64,000 nucleotides of DNA from an uncultured Acidobacteriota bacterium (GTDB lineage: Bacteria; Acidobacteriota; Thermoanaerobaculia; Multivoradales; JAHEKO01): positions 136,699 to 200,698 of the forward strand of contig CAVRAU010000023.1 in NCBI GenBank assembly GCA_963719055.1, given 5' to 3'. How positions within the stretch are numbered: position 1 is the first letter of the stretch; each line of letters begins with the position of its first letter. Both the position numbers and the translations under genes were made by a program. The notes below the pieces were generated by a model. That model saw only the letters and a list, made by a program, of their open reading frames with translations, searched no databases and was not told the DNA's origin. This document shows positions 39,721 to 51,446 of the stretch, piece after piece.

Positions 39721-40329
39721 ATGCTGAACCAAAGGAGATCTGCTGTGTACAGAAAACAAGTTTCTCGTCGGGGCGGCTTTTCCCTGATCGAGGTGCTCAT
39801 CGCCATGGGCATCGTCCTCATCGCGATGGTCGGGCTGCTGCCGCTCTTCATGCGCTCGGTCCTGCAGAACATCGAGGGCCGGGAATCCACCATCGCCGGC
39901 AATCACGGGCGTTCGGAGATGGAGACCTACAGCGAGCTCGGCTTCAACAATTGGGAGCTCGAGCTCACCGCCGGCACAGAGCGAATCTCGCAGTTGTTCT
40001 ACACGAATGGCGAGGTGGACAAGCGAGGCGACGAGTCCTGGGTCACCGTCGTCCCGGCTGGGGAAATCGCGCCCTGGACACAGACCACGACCATTCGTCA
40101 ATTCGGTCTCAACGGGGTGGTCGACACGGATCTGGATGGCGTCATCGATCTGATCCGTGGCTTGGAGGATGACGACCACGACGGCGAGCTCGACAACCCG
40201 CTGGCGGCGGGGACTCTCGCCGGAGCCGTCCATCTGAAACAGGTCGAGGTGGATGTCGCGGGGGAGAAGGATTGGGCCCACGGCGGCGGCGCGGGTCAGA
40301 TCACCGTCGAGACTCTCAAGGCTTTCTAA
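39721..40329 (+). CDS. PilV/GspI-like minor pilin
   Basis: 'RRGGFSLIEVLIAMGIVLIAMVGLLPLF' prepilin motif. 202 aa. Confidence 0.65.
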   Translation: MLNQRRSAVYRKQVSRRGGFSLIEVLIAMGIVLIAMVGLLPLFMRSVLQNIEGRESTIAGNHGRSEMETYSELGFNNWELELTAGTERISQLFYTNGEVDKRGDESWVTVVPAGEIAPWTQTTTIRQFGLNGVVDTDLDGVIDLIRGLEDDDHDGELDNPLAAGTLAGAVHLKQVEVDVAGEKDWAHGGGAGQITVETLKAF

Positions 40330-40343
40330 GGAGGATGGGCGAG

Positions 40344-41686
40344 ATGACTTCATACGAAACGCACAGACCTCGGCCCAGGCGCCGCGTGCCTCGCCGGCAG
40401 GGTTACTCCCTGGTCGAGCTTGTCATCGCCTTCGCCGCTGCGATCATCATTCTGCTGGTGCTCTTCCAGGCCTTCCAGGCCAAGACCCAGCTGGCCCGCA
40501 CCCAGATCGATGTCTCGGACATGCAGCAGGCGCAGCGCGTCATCCAACACGAGATGAGCCGACTGATTCGCATGACCGGTCGAGGCGGCCTGGCCGACAT
40601 GGTCGACAGAGGCAACGGTACCCGCTATCAGCCGGCCCTGACCGTTCGCGACGACGTGGCGTCGGGACAGAACATCGCGATCGGTGACGCCAGCACCCCT
40701 CTCGTGGCCGAGGGGACCGACGTCCTGACGATCCGGGGTGTCTTCAACTCCCCGGTCTACCAGCTCAACTTCGCCAGTCCCGCGACTCTGGCACTCACCA
40801 TCAATGGCGTCGACACCACCGACGAAACGCAGGCCACAGACGGGACTCTCCTCGTCACCGATCCGAGTCCCACTGGTGTGCCGCAGGATCTGACAGCCGC
40901 TCTGCAATGCTGTCGCCGGAGACGCCTTGCTGCTCGTCAGCCCCATCGACGAGGCGATCTACGCGGTGGTCGAGATCAGCAATGGCCCCAATTGTGGTGC
41001 CGGTCAGGCCTCGGTCCCATTCGACGTCACGGGTGGCACCTACACCAGCGAATTCAGGACCCTCTACAACTCCGGTCTGGGTGGCAATCCGACCCTGCCC
41101 AGCGGCCTCTCCAACGTCGCACTGGCCGGGCTCGTCGAGGAGTTTCGGTTCTATGTCCGCGAGCCCGATCCCAATACCATCGCGGCCCCGGCGCTTTCCG
41201 TCGCCAGCATGATCCCCGGCACCGAGATCGTCGACCCCAGGACGACCAGCAGGCAATAACGTGCGTCTCGATCTGGCGGACAACATCCTCGATCTGCAAG
41301 TTGCCCTGGGCTATGACTCGGCTCTGGGGGACGCCCTGACCGATCGCAACGGCGACGGCTTTACCAACGAGGACGACATCGTGCTGACCGAGACCGCCGA
41401 CGGTCAGGACGACGACTGGCTTTTCAACCACGATCAGGACGACCCCGACGCGGCACCCTTCGTACCGCCTTGGGACACCGATCCCCTGACCGCCACCCCG
41501 GAGCAGCCGGACATCTACTTCGTGCGGCTCACCACCCTGGCCCGGGTCCAGGTGCCCGATCGGAACTTCGACTCCCTCGAGATCGCGAGGATCGAGAACC
41601 GGGACGTGGATCCCTTCAACACCTTGGATGAACGGCGTTTTCGTCGCCAACTGATTCAATCGACCATCGACCTGAGGAATCTCTGA
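40344..41686 (+). CDS. PilW/GspJ-like minor pilin (two apparent frameshifts ~40915, ~41255)
   Basis: AAGGAGG RBS 9 nt before ATG 40344. 'RQGYSLVELVIAFAAAIIILLVLF' prepilin motif. C-terminal 'DIYFVRLTTLARVQVPDRNF...' is PilW-like. Confidence 0.6.
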
Positions 41687-42252
41687 TGCGTAGATCCAAC
41701 CGCACCCTCCGTCGCCAACAGGGCAGTGTCTATATCCTCGCCCTCCTGGTCCTCCTCATTCTCACCATCGTCGGGCTCGCCGTATCGCTCGTCACCCAGA
41801 GCGAGATGCAAATCGGTATCAACGAGCGCCTCGGTCACCAGGCGTTCCACTCGGCCACCAGCGGCATCGACATCGCCATGGCCAAGGCCCTGGTGATGCC
41901 CGACCTGCGGTCGTTCGAGCTCGATCTGGTCGAGCCCGGCACCGATGTGGCCAATCTCAACATCCGCCACCGTCTCGAAGTGTCCCCGTTTCTGCCAATC
42001 CTCAGCGCTCCCTGCAATCTCTGCCAGATCAACGAGGGCGCCGAGTTCATGAAGATCAACCATGCCGTCGCCTCCACGGCGACACGCATCGCCTGGATGG
42101 GCAATCCCGACACCCCACCCGATGTTCCGACGCCGCTGGCGCAGGAGCAACTGAGTGTGTTGGTCTCATTCCAACCCTGGCGAATGGACATCACATCCGG
42201 CGTCGACGCCGCCACCGATCCGAACCGTGGTGGCCTCGACAACGCGTTCTGA
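41686..42252 (+). CDS. PilX/GspK-like minor pilin
   Basis: 'QQGSVYILALLVLLILTIVGLAVSLVTQSEMQIGINE' is a PilX N-terminal type motif (no Glu +5). 188 aa. Confidence 0.6.
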   Translation: MRRSNRTLRRQQGSVYILALLVLLILTIVGLAVSLVTQSEMQIGINERLGHQAFHSATSGIDIAMAKALVMPDLRSFELDLVEPGTDVANLNIRHRLEVSPFLPILSAPCNLCQINEGAEFMKINHAVASTATRIAWMGNPDTPPDVPTPLAQEQLSVLVSFQPWRMDITSGVDAATDPNRGGLDNAF

Positions 42253-42284
42253 TCCGCGAGAATTTCTAGAAGGAAGGTGTCGCC

Positions 42285-45200
42285 ATGACTCGAAGGATCT
42301 CATTCTCGAACCCCATGTTTCGACTCGTCTGCCTCTTGATGGTAGCGACGCTGGTCACCAGCACAGGTATCGCCGACGACCGCGATCTGGTCAAGGAAAG
42401 CGGTGAAGTACCCTACCTTTTCGTCATCTTCGACGTCTCCGGGTCCATGAACTGGACACCGCCGGACCTCGACAACGGCCTGCCTGAGGATCGCTGGGCC
42501 CCCGGCTCGGGTGACGATCCCAACTCGAAGTTCTACCAGGCGAAATCCGCCCTGTTCCAGGTCATGCAGGATCCCGATCTCCAGGGCATCAACTGGGGAT
42601 TTGCCACGTACAACCAAGACCAGGTGCGGGCCTACCGCAAGCACTATCTCTACTCGCCGGTGGAAGACCCGCCCTGGGCGACCGATCTCCCCTATCCGCT
42701 GCCAGGCACACCCAAGCATTTCGGGGACACCTGTATGGACGACTCCGACGGCGGCTCGGGTTGTGATCTGGATGCGGATATGGCCGAAGTCGCCTGGAAC
42801 GCCGGCCGCAGTGCCTGGGCCATGGGAACCTGTGGAGCGCCACAGGATCTGGCGAATCTCGAGAGCACTGGCGAGCTCATTTCCTTCCCCGTCTTGGGAC
42901 CCTATGGAACTGCGGAGACCATCGAATGGGTGCGGTCTCAAGGCCGCGAGTTCGAGGTCACCTGGCACGACGTGGATTCCGGCGCCTATGGCGACGACAA
43001 CATCGTGGTCGAGGTCAGCGTGCGGGAGCGCGACGGATGTGGCAGCTACGGCATGTCATGGAACAACGTCGATCTGGAGTTCACCAAGACCTACCCCACC
43101 GACAACAACGGTCGTGACCTGCCGGGCGGCAGCGAGACGCTGATCTGGCAGGGCGATGGCTTCACCGACGGCGCGGGCAACCCCGCAGGTTTCTACGACC
43201 CCGACGACACGCGAGCGACCAACACCTGTCGCGGCTGGGAACCCAACAGCGACGCCGGCAACGATGTCGCCGCCGGCGTCAATGCCAAGTACCCCACGAC
43301 CTCCGACCCTCTGAGCCGTCATACCTCGGGCTTTCGACCGGGGTGACGTCATCCCCTTCGACTGGCAGGATGAAGAGGCCTGGGGTGCTGGCAACAGCAA
43401 CCGTGCCCAGATCCTCAAACGTCTGGCTCCCAGCTTCGACTTCGCCGATCCCGCGACGGCCGACTTCCGGGTGGCCCCCTACTTCCAGGACCTGCCCGAC
43501 AGTTTCACCGCCACGGGCGCCCAGGGAAGGCTGGCTCTGAAACCGGAGTACGTCATCACCCCGCCACTGCTGCCCAGCGGCTCGACGCCGATCGGCAACT
43601 CGATGTACAACTTCATGCAGTGGTTCGATCAATGGAAGACGGTGGCCACGGGCCCGGTTGGCGACGACCAGTTCGGCTGCCGAACGGTCAACCTGCTGAT
43701 CCTGAGTGATGGCGACGAGACCTGCTACAACGGCGGTATCGACGGCACCACGGATGGCGGCGGGGATCGCAATCCCTGCTGGATGGCCGATCGCCTCTTG
43801 ACTCAGAACAACCGCAGTATCCGCACCTTCATCATCGGCTTCGGCGTGCCGGGCACGAATGCCAACTTCCTCAACTGCATCGCGGAGCGGGGCGGCACGG
43901 ATGCCATCGATCTGGACAACGACGGTGTCACCGATGTCGAGGGACCGATCCTGCCCGGCAACGAGCAGGAGCTGGTCGATGCCATGAAACAGATCGCCAA
44001 CGCGGTCAAGAGCCAGTCCCGGTCCTTCGCCTCCGCCGCGGTACCGCAGGCGCAGGTCAATGTCGATGACAAGGTCTATCTGACCAGCTTCATGCCCCTG
44101 CAGGGTGAACCTATCTGGCCGGGACGATTGGATGCCTATCTGCGCCCCGTACCCCTGCGCGAGCAGGATGTGGTGCTGCCTGATGGAACCATCGTCACCC
44201 GCCTGGTCCCCGACCCGACGCAGGGCTGTGCCGCGGGAGACGAAAGCCAGTGCCACATCTGGAACGCGGGCGAGGAGCTGCTGCTCCAGGCCGCGGAAGA
44301 CACCCAACTCATCGACATGGGGAGCGGTGTCGGCGACGGCACCTTCAACCTGGGCAACGGTGAGCTGCGACGTCGCGTCTACTACTCCATCGATCGCAAG
44401 AACTTCCAGGTGCCCGATCGCCGACGCTTCTTCCGACTCAATGCCGGCAACAGTGACGGTCTATGGCGGGACATGTTGTATGGAATGGATATCTGTCACC
44501 GAGACGATCCCGCTTGTACACTCGACTCAAGACAATCGAGATATCGCCTCCGAGAACATGAACTTCACCCATGGTGTCAAGACCGCCGAGGATCCGACCG
44601 ACCCCGGTACCTACTTCGACTACATCCTGGGTGACTTCTTCCACTCCGATCCGCTCGTGTACGGCAACCCGGACAATTTCGCCTACTGGGTCGGCGACGC
44701 GGAAGGCAGCGGCACGCTGCCGCTGCAGGATCCTTGTGACACCTCACCCGATGGCTACCGCTGCTTCTTTGCCCAACATCGGTATCGCCGCAAGGTGATC
44801 ATCGCGGGCACCAACGATGGCCAGGCCCATATCTTCGATGCCGGGTTCTTCCGCGGTCCCAACGGGAATCCGACCGGTCTCTGCGAATCGAACCCGGTGA
44901 CCAGCCAGGAGTTTGTGGTCGGCGAGTTCGACAAGGGGACAGGACGGGAGCTGTTCTCCTATGTTCCGCGCACGGTCATGCCCATGATGGAAGACCTCAG
45001 AACAGACAAGCGTGCAGGACTTCTCGGTCGACGGCCGGATCGCTCGCGGCGATGCCTTCATCGACCCCGTGCAGGGGGACGGAATTCCCAATCCCAGTGA
45101 AAGAGAATGGCGAAGCACGCTGGTGGGGACCCTGCGGGAAGGCGGTTCCGGATTGTGGGCCATCGATATCACCCAGCCCGACGTCCTGCTCGAATGCGAT

Positions 45201-46565
45201 GGTCTCAACGCAGATTCCACAGGCACGCAACGGTGCCCTCGACTACGTCCCCTCCTGCACCAACGGTGGCATCGATTGCGGCACGGCCCGCTACCCCGAG
45301 GTCATGTGGGAGTTCGAGGACAGCAAGGACTGCGTCATATGAGATAGACGACCCCTACCTGGACCATCCCGGCATAGACCCTGAAACGGAAGCCAAACGG
45401 TGCGATGATGACGGCAACGGCTTTGTCGATCTCGGCGATACCTGGTCCCGACCGACCATCGCCCGAATCCGTGTCGACTCCGACGCGGACGGTGGCGTCG
45501 TCGACAAGTACGTCGCGGTCTTCGGTGGCGGGATGGATCCCGACGAGAAGCACTCGGCAGATCAATCCCGAGTGCGTGGGAACTTCCTGTACATGGTGGA
45601 TATCGAGACCGGTCGCGCCATCTACAAACGGGCCGTGATCGGATCGGCCGCCGGCGATCCCGCGGTGGTCGACACCGATCAGAACGGCTATGCCGACACG
45701 GTCTACTTCGGCACGACCGCCGGCTATCTCTACAAAGCGGATATCAGCTCCGTGGAGATTCTCGAGGATCTGGGAAATGCGGGTGGCTTCAAGGTGACCT
45801 CCGAGAACTGGGAGCCTTTCGCCATCTTCAATACTTTCGATCGCCCCATCTATCACGAGCCCACGGTGGTCTTCGTGACCGAGCTGGGCAAATACGCGGT
45901 GGCCTTCGGCACCGGCGACCGGGAGGATCTCTGGGACGACAGCTATCTGGGCCAAGCCCAGGAACGAAGGTCGCTTCTACATGTTCGTGGACCGTGACTT
46001 CGGAAGGAACGATGGCTTTCTGCCGCAGGATGAGACCGACTACCAGCAGATTGCCCTGACCGACACCAACACGACGGCCGACTACCTGCGGCAAGCCCCC
46101 TACGGCTGGTACCTACGTCTCGATCCAACGGAACGGGTCATCTCCGAGGCGTTCTCGTTGGCCGGCGTCACGATCTTTTCCTCCTACGTGCCCGAGGAAT
46201 CGATCAGCGACGATGGATCGGTCTGCCAGCGCTTTGGCGACAGCAGGATCTACCTCGTCACCTCGACGGCCGCCAACACCCTGCTGAGCACCAACGAGCG
46301 CTACTTCACCGTCGAGCAGGGTTTCTTGTCACCTCCGTTCGCCGAGACGTCGCAGACCAAGAACCCGCCCGATGGGGATGAGGGACCCGGTGACTTGCCG
46401 GACGATATGGTCAATGTGGTGAACGAGATCAAGAAGCTCCTGCCGACCAACTGCAAGTACGCCAACTACACCATCAATATCAAGGCGGTGCGTGACGACA
46501 CCGGTATCGAGTTCCTCGCCGCCATTCCGATCTGTACCGTGGAGGCCAACTGGAAGGACTTCTAA
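42285..46565 (+). CDS. PilY1/PilC-like pilus tip adhesin with N-terminal vWA (MIDAS DVSGS) domain and C-terminal PilY1 beta-propeller; five or more apparent frameshifts
   Basis: Signal peptide 'MFRLVCLLMVATLVTSTGIA'. 'YLFVIFDVSGSMNW' is a vWA MIDAS motif. The C-terminus 'QNGYADTVYFGTTAGYLYKADIS...GKYAVAFGTGDRED' matches the conserved PilY1 C-domain. ORF pieces span four frames. Confidence 0.7.
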
Positions 46566-46567
46566 AG

Positions 46568-47294
46568 ATGAAGCTACGCCAGACTCTCGCTGTTGTGATC
46601 TTCGGTTGCGGCTCCCTGGCCTGGCTGGCCAGTGGAGCCGCCGCCGATTGGCTGGTGGCCAGCGATGGCTCCAGAATCGAGACCACGGGACCCTTCAAGG
46701 TCGAAGGCAAGTTGGTGATCTTCACGTTGCCGAACGGTACCCTGGGCTCGCTGCCTCTCTCGGAGGTCGATCTGGAAGCCAGTCGCTGCGCTGACCGCGC
46801 AAGCTGCCGCCGAAGACCCGCCTGCAGACGAGCCGGACCGTCCCAAGGCGGTGCTGGTGATCACCGACGCTGATGTCGGACATCCCAATCTCGGCAGAAC
46901 CCGGGCCCCCGAAGAGGACGACACCATCCCGGCCGAGGCGCCAGCTCCGGAGCTACGGGTATCCAATTGGCGAGAGAATCTGGATCAGACCACCAACTCC
47001 GTCGAGATCAGCGGCACCCTGGAGAATCCGACCGACAATCCAGCCACTTCGATCGAGCTCGAGGTAGTCCTCTACGACGAAGAGGGCGGCCTGCTGGAGC
47101 GCAGCAGTGCCAGGCTCGAGCGAGGGTTTCTCAACCCCGGCACCAGTACGCGGTTCGACTCGGATTTCAACGAGACCATGAGTTACGACCACGTCGAATT
47201 CCACATCCGGAGTCGGGGGTTCATGGCCCATCCACCGGACGAGGAACCGCAGGTCGAGGGTGAAGACGACGACGAGAGCCCGGACTGGCAGTAG
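46568..47294 (+). CDS. hypothetical secreted protein (signal peptide; acidic C-terminus); apparent frameshift ~46790
   Basis: 'MKLRQTLAVVIFGCGSLAWLASGAAA' is a signal peptide. No recognisable domain. Lies directly after the pilY1-like gene (2-nt gap). Confidence 0.4.
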
Positions 47295-47314
47295 CGTTAC
47301 AGAAGAGGGTCAGG

Positions 47315-48531
47315 TCAAGGACCCGTATCGGGTTCGCCTTCGGTGGCCCCGTCGCTGATGGCCGAGCCGGTGGCGACCCGAAACCGCCGCAGAATGCTCC
47401 AGGGGCCCCGCTCGCCATCGTCGTCGAAGGCGGCAACCCGCCAGACGAAGCTCCCCGTCCCCTGCAGACCAATGGTCGCCGAGGTCTCGGTACGGTCGGC
47501 CAGATCGATGATGTTCTGGACGAAGAAACGGGTTCTGGCGACCTGCAGCGCATAGCGGCTGGCGCCTTCGACCGGACGCCACTCCAGCACCAGCTCGCCA
47601 TCGGCTGCCATGACAGCCTCGTAGTTGTCCTCGGGCCCGAGAAGCAACGGTGCGTTGGGCAGCAGCTTCTTTCTGGATAGGGCCGTGCCCTGTTGGACGA
47701 CCTGCTCCAGAGGCCCCACATCTCGACTGGAACCATCCGAGGAGGAGACCACCATCTGGCCCTCATAGGCGGCGAACCGGCTGGTGTCCTCTTCCGGATC
47801 GTGGCTGATGGCCGCCTTGCTGTCGCGCTGGACTCTCGCCTCCGCTTGCGGCGTCGAAATGCGGCTGCTGGTCTGAGCGGTTCCCAAATCGACCCACCCT
47901 GCCTCCAGATCGATGGTGCGCTGCCGCGCCTCGCCGGGTGCCGGCCGGGTGCGGCCGATCAGGAGCACGGTATCCGGTCGCACCGTGTACAGGGTGCCAT
48001 CGACGGACATGATCTCTGCCGAACCACTGCCAGTGGTCTTGACATAGTCGCCCGCGTTGAGGGCCACGCGGCTGCGAGCGGTCTGCCATGAGCCGCGGTC
48101 TCCACGTCGGTACTGGACGCCACCCTGGACCGCAATGAACATGGCCTCGCCCTCGGCACCACGCATTCGCAAGGTGCTGAGAATCGACGCCAGCAGCGTG
48201 CGGCTGCGCTCGGCGCTAACGAACGACTCGCGCAGCGCCCCAGCGCTCTGATGCTCCCGCGCCTCCTCCAAATGACGACGGGCCACGAAGTACTCCTCTC
48301 GGTAGCTGTTGATCGCGCCTTCGCTGCGCACTGTGCGCAGAAGATCTTCGGCCTCCAGGATGACCCTGGCCACTTCCCTTTCAAGGACCATTCGATCCAG
48401 AAATCTGTAGCCCATGACTCCCACGATTCCCAAGACCAGCAGGACGACCACGAAACCCCACCCCTTGACGGAATCGAGCGAGACCGTGTACCAGTCGACC
48501 AGTTTGCGGGACTTGTTCTCCGAGCTCACTG
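47315..48531 (-). CDS. membrane-anchored FecR-domain protein with C-terminal Fn3-like domain
   Basis: Putative GTG start at 48531 with AGAGGAA upstream. TM 'GWGFVVVLLVLGIVGVMGY'. FecR-like 'RVALNAGDYVKTTGSGSAEIMSVDGTLYTVRPDTVLLIG'. C-terminal 'LEWRPVEGASRYALQVA...GSFVWRVAAFDDDG' is Fn3-like. Confidence 0.55.
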
Positions 48532-48590
48532 AACTGATTCCTCTGACGGGTGGTTTTGCACGGGGTCTCGAATATAGCAGGCGACGACGC

Positions 48591-49901
48591 CCTATTTCCG
48601 ATACTCCGGGAAGCCCCCGAGATCGTATTCCTTGATCCGGCGCTGCAGCGTACGATAGCTGATCCCCAGAACTGCCGGCGGCCTGATGCTTGTCGCCATC
48701 GGCCTGGGTCAGGGCCTCGCAGATGCGCTGGCGATCGTTACCGCTACCCAGAGCGGAGAGCAGTGGACGCAGCTCGGCGGCTCCCAGCCGCAGACCCTCG
48801 CCGACGATCATGGCGCGCTCCAGGACGTTGGCCAACTGTCGGACGTTGCCCGGCCAGGGGTGCGATTCCAGCAACTCCAGGGCATCGTCCGTCAACTGCC
48901 GGCGGCTCGATTTCTGACGCTCCGCGAGGCGATCGAGAAGATACTGCGCCAGCAGCGGAATATCGCTCGGCCGATCTCGCAAGGCAGGGAGCTCGATCGG
49001 AAAGACCTCCAGCCGGTAGAACAAGTCTTCGCGGAAGCCTCCGGCCTCGGCCATCGCGGCCAGATTCCGATTGGTGGCGGCCACCAACCTGACATCCGCG
49101 TGCAGGGTCTGTGAGCCCCCCACACGCTCGAAGGTCCGTTCTTCCAACACCCGCAAGACCTTGGCCTGAACCGCCAGGGGTAGCTCGCCGATCTCATCCA
49201 TCAGCAGGGTGCCGCTCTTGGCCACTTCGAAGCGACCGGGCTGGCGTCGGTGGGCGCCAGTGAAGGCGCCTCTTCTCGTGCCCGAAGAGCTCATTTTCGA
49301 TCAACGTCTCCGGGATGGCGGCACAGTTGACAGCCACAAAGGGCCCCTCGCGACGCGGAGACAGCGCGTGCAGCGCCCGAGCAAAGAGCTCTTTGCCGGT
49401 GCCGCTTTCGCCGGTCAACAGGACCGTGCTGTCGGTGCGGGCCACGCGTTCGAGAAGTCGGAGGGCGGTGCGGACCTTGGGGTGCGCACCCACAATGGTC
49501 GGTCCACCGGCAACGCTGAAAGAATCCTCGGCGGCTGTCTCGCCCGCCACGGCAGCCACGAGTCGGAACAGATCGTCGATCTCGACCGGCTTTTCCAGGA
49601 AGTCCACGGCTCCTTCTTTCATGGCCTCCACGGCCGTGTGAACGGTCCCGTAGGCTGTCAGGACGACTACAGGCAATCCTGGATTCAGTTTGCGGCTGCC
49701 TCGCAACACATCGATCCCCGACTGGCCGGGGAGCTTGAGATCGGTGAGAACCAGATCGTACTGTCGCGTGGCGAGAAGCTCCAAGGCCGTCTCACCGTCC
49801 GCGGCGGTCTCCACCACATGGCCTTCACCGCTCAAAGCGCGGTCCAACATACGGCGCAGGGACTCCCGGTCCTCCACGACCAGGATACGTGACGAGGACA
49901 T
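48591..49901 (-). CDS. NtrC-family sigma54-dependent response regulator (REC + AAA+ + Fis-type HTH); two apparent frameshifts (~48680, ~49270)
   Basis: REC '[18 protein letters not shown]...[14 protein letters not shown]'. AAA+ '[19 protein letters not shown]', '[10 protein letters not shown]' and GAFTGA. The HTH is recoverable in the alternative frame '[24 protein letters not shown]'. Confidence 0.85.
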
Positions 49902-49963
49902 AGATCGATTCTACTGGTCTGGATGGGTTAAGCAGTATGAAATGCCACAGCGGCGACGCCGCT

Positions 49964-51331
49964 CTATCTCGCTGACGCCGCCTGCACCGCCTGGATCAGG
50001 ACCTCGTCGTCTTCCGGGTCGACCGTGCGCAGATCCAGGATCAGTGCACCCTCGCGGATGTATCCCACGACCGGCGGATCGCCGGCGCGGAGACGCTCGA
50101 GCAAGGCGGGGTCTCCCGGCAGCGCCAGTGCCTCGCCCGGAACAGGCCGCTCGGGTGCCGCCCCACCCCCGAGAAAAGCCTCGGCCGGGACGATGTCGGC
50201 GCCGAGTCGCTCGGCGACCTGCTCGAGCCTTTCGCGCTGCAGCGCCTGATCGAGCCACAAGCGATCCAGCGGCATCGGCTCGCCCGCCAGGTGCAACCTG
50301 AGGACGCCCTCGAGAGCCGCAAAAACAGTGCGGTCGGGACGCAACGCCCGATAGAGGGGGTGGCGCCGACAACGGTCCACGAGCTCTCGCTTGCCCACCA
50401 GGAGACCGGCCTGAGGCCCACCCAGCAGCTTGTCTCCGCTGCCACAAACCAGATCGCAGTCAGCGGCCAGAAGCTCTTGAATGCTGGGGTGCCCCGCCAG
50501 CTGGGGTGCTGAATGGTGACGCAGTAGACCGCTGCCCTCGTCCATGAGGACGGGGAGATCGTGCCTCTGCCCCAGCTCGACCAGAGCCGGAATGTCTACC
50601 GACTCGACGAATCCCGAGACCCGATAGTTGCTGGGATGAACCTTGAGCAACAACGCGGTCTCAGACCCGATGGCCTTCTCGTAGTCGGCAATTCGGGTTC
50701 TGTTGGTTGTCCCGACCTCAACCAGCGTCGCACCCGCCGCTTCGAGAATGTCCGGAATGCGGAAGGAGCCCCCGATCTCCACCAGCTCACCCCGGGACAC
50801 CACCACTTCGCCGCCGCGGGCCAGGGCGGACAAGACCAGGACCAGCGCGCCCGCATTGTTGTTGGCGACCAGCGCGCCCTCGGCACCGGTGACCGCCTCG
50901 AGCAGCCGCTCCGCTCGGCGATTGCGCTCACCCCGGCGGCCGTTGCCGAGATCGAACTCCAGATCGCAGTAGGCGTTCAGCAGCGGCGGCAAGTCGCTGG
51001 CGATACTCCTGGGCAGGGGGGCCCGGCCCAGATTCGTGTGCAGGAAGATGCCGGTAGCGTTCAGAACCCGACGCAAAGCACCGCCCAACTCCTCTTCCAG
51101 ACCTGTCCGGAGTCTGGCTTTCAAGGCCTCGACCTCCGTGCCGAGCTCTCCGGTCTGTGCCTCTCCGTCGTCGGCGAGCCGGTGCCGCAACTCATCCAAC
51201 CCCTGTCGGAGTCGCTGGCGCACCAGATCTCTCCCGTATAATCCGATGAGTCGTTGAAAGCCAGGCTCAGCCATCAGCCGGTCTACGGATGGGATGTGTC
51301 GACGCAGGTCTTCTGTGGGGGTTTCGGTCAT
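49964..51331 (-). CDS. selA: L-seryl-tRNA(Sec) selenium transferase
   Basis: 455 aa. 'LRRVLNATGIFLHTNLGRAPL' and 'VSGFV...GDKLLGGPQAGLLVGKRELVDR' surround the PLP-lysine. The length is characteristic of SelA. Confidence 0.85.
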   Translation of the reverse strand: MTETPTEDLRRHIPSVDRLMAEPGFQRLIGLYGRDLVRQRLRQGLDELRHRLADDGEAQTGELGTEVEALKARLRTGLEEELGGALRRVLNATGIFLHTNLGRAPLPRSIASDLPPLLNAYCDLEFDLGNGRRGERNRRAERLLEAVTGAEGALVANNNAGALVLVLSALARGGEVVVSRGELVEIGGSFRIPDILEAAGATLVEVGTTNRTRIADYEKAIGSETALLLKVHPSNYRVSGFVESVDIPALVELGQRHDLPVLMDEGSGLLRHHSAPQLAGHPSIQELLAADCDLVCGSGDKLLGGPQAGLLVGKRELVDRCRRHPLYRALRPDRTVFAALEGVLRLHLAGEPMPLDRLWLDQALQRERLEQVAERLGADIVPAEAFLGGGAAPERPVPGEALALPGDPALLERLRAGDPPVVGYIREGALILDLRTVDPEDDEVLIQAVQAASAR

Positions 51332-51446
51332 GGCTTCGAGGCAATTCTAGCCTGACCCGTATCGTTGGAACCGGATGTGACGTGCGTCACGATGTGAAGA
51401 GCATCACTCGAGAACAGTGTTTCGCAGGGTACCCTAGGAGCCACCC

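Noticed and set aside
47315-49294. Single 659-aa ORF appearing to fuse an AAA+/HTH regulator C-terminus with a FecR-domain protein
   Set aside because: The N-terminal 230 aa are the C-terminal half of the NtrC-like regulator, read through because frameshifts removed its stop in this frame. The true regulator HTH and stop ('[24 protein letters not shown]') are recoverable in another frame ending ~48591. The two were split into separate genes.
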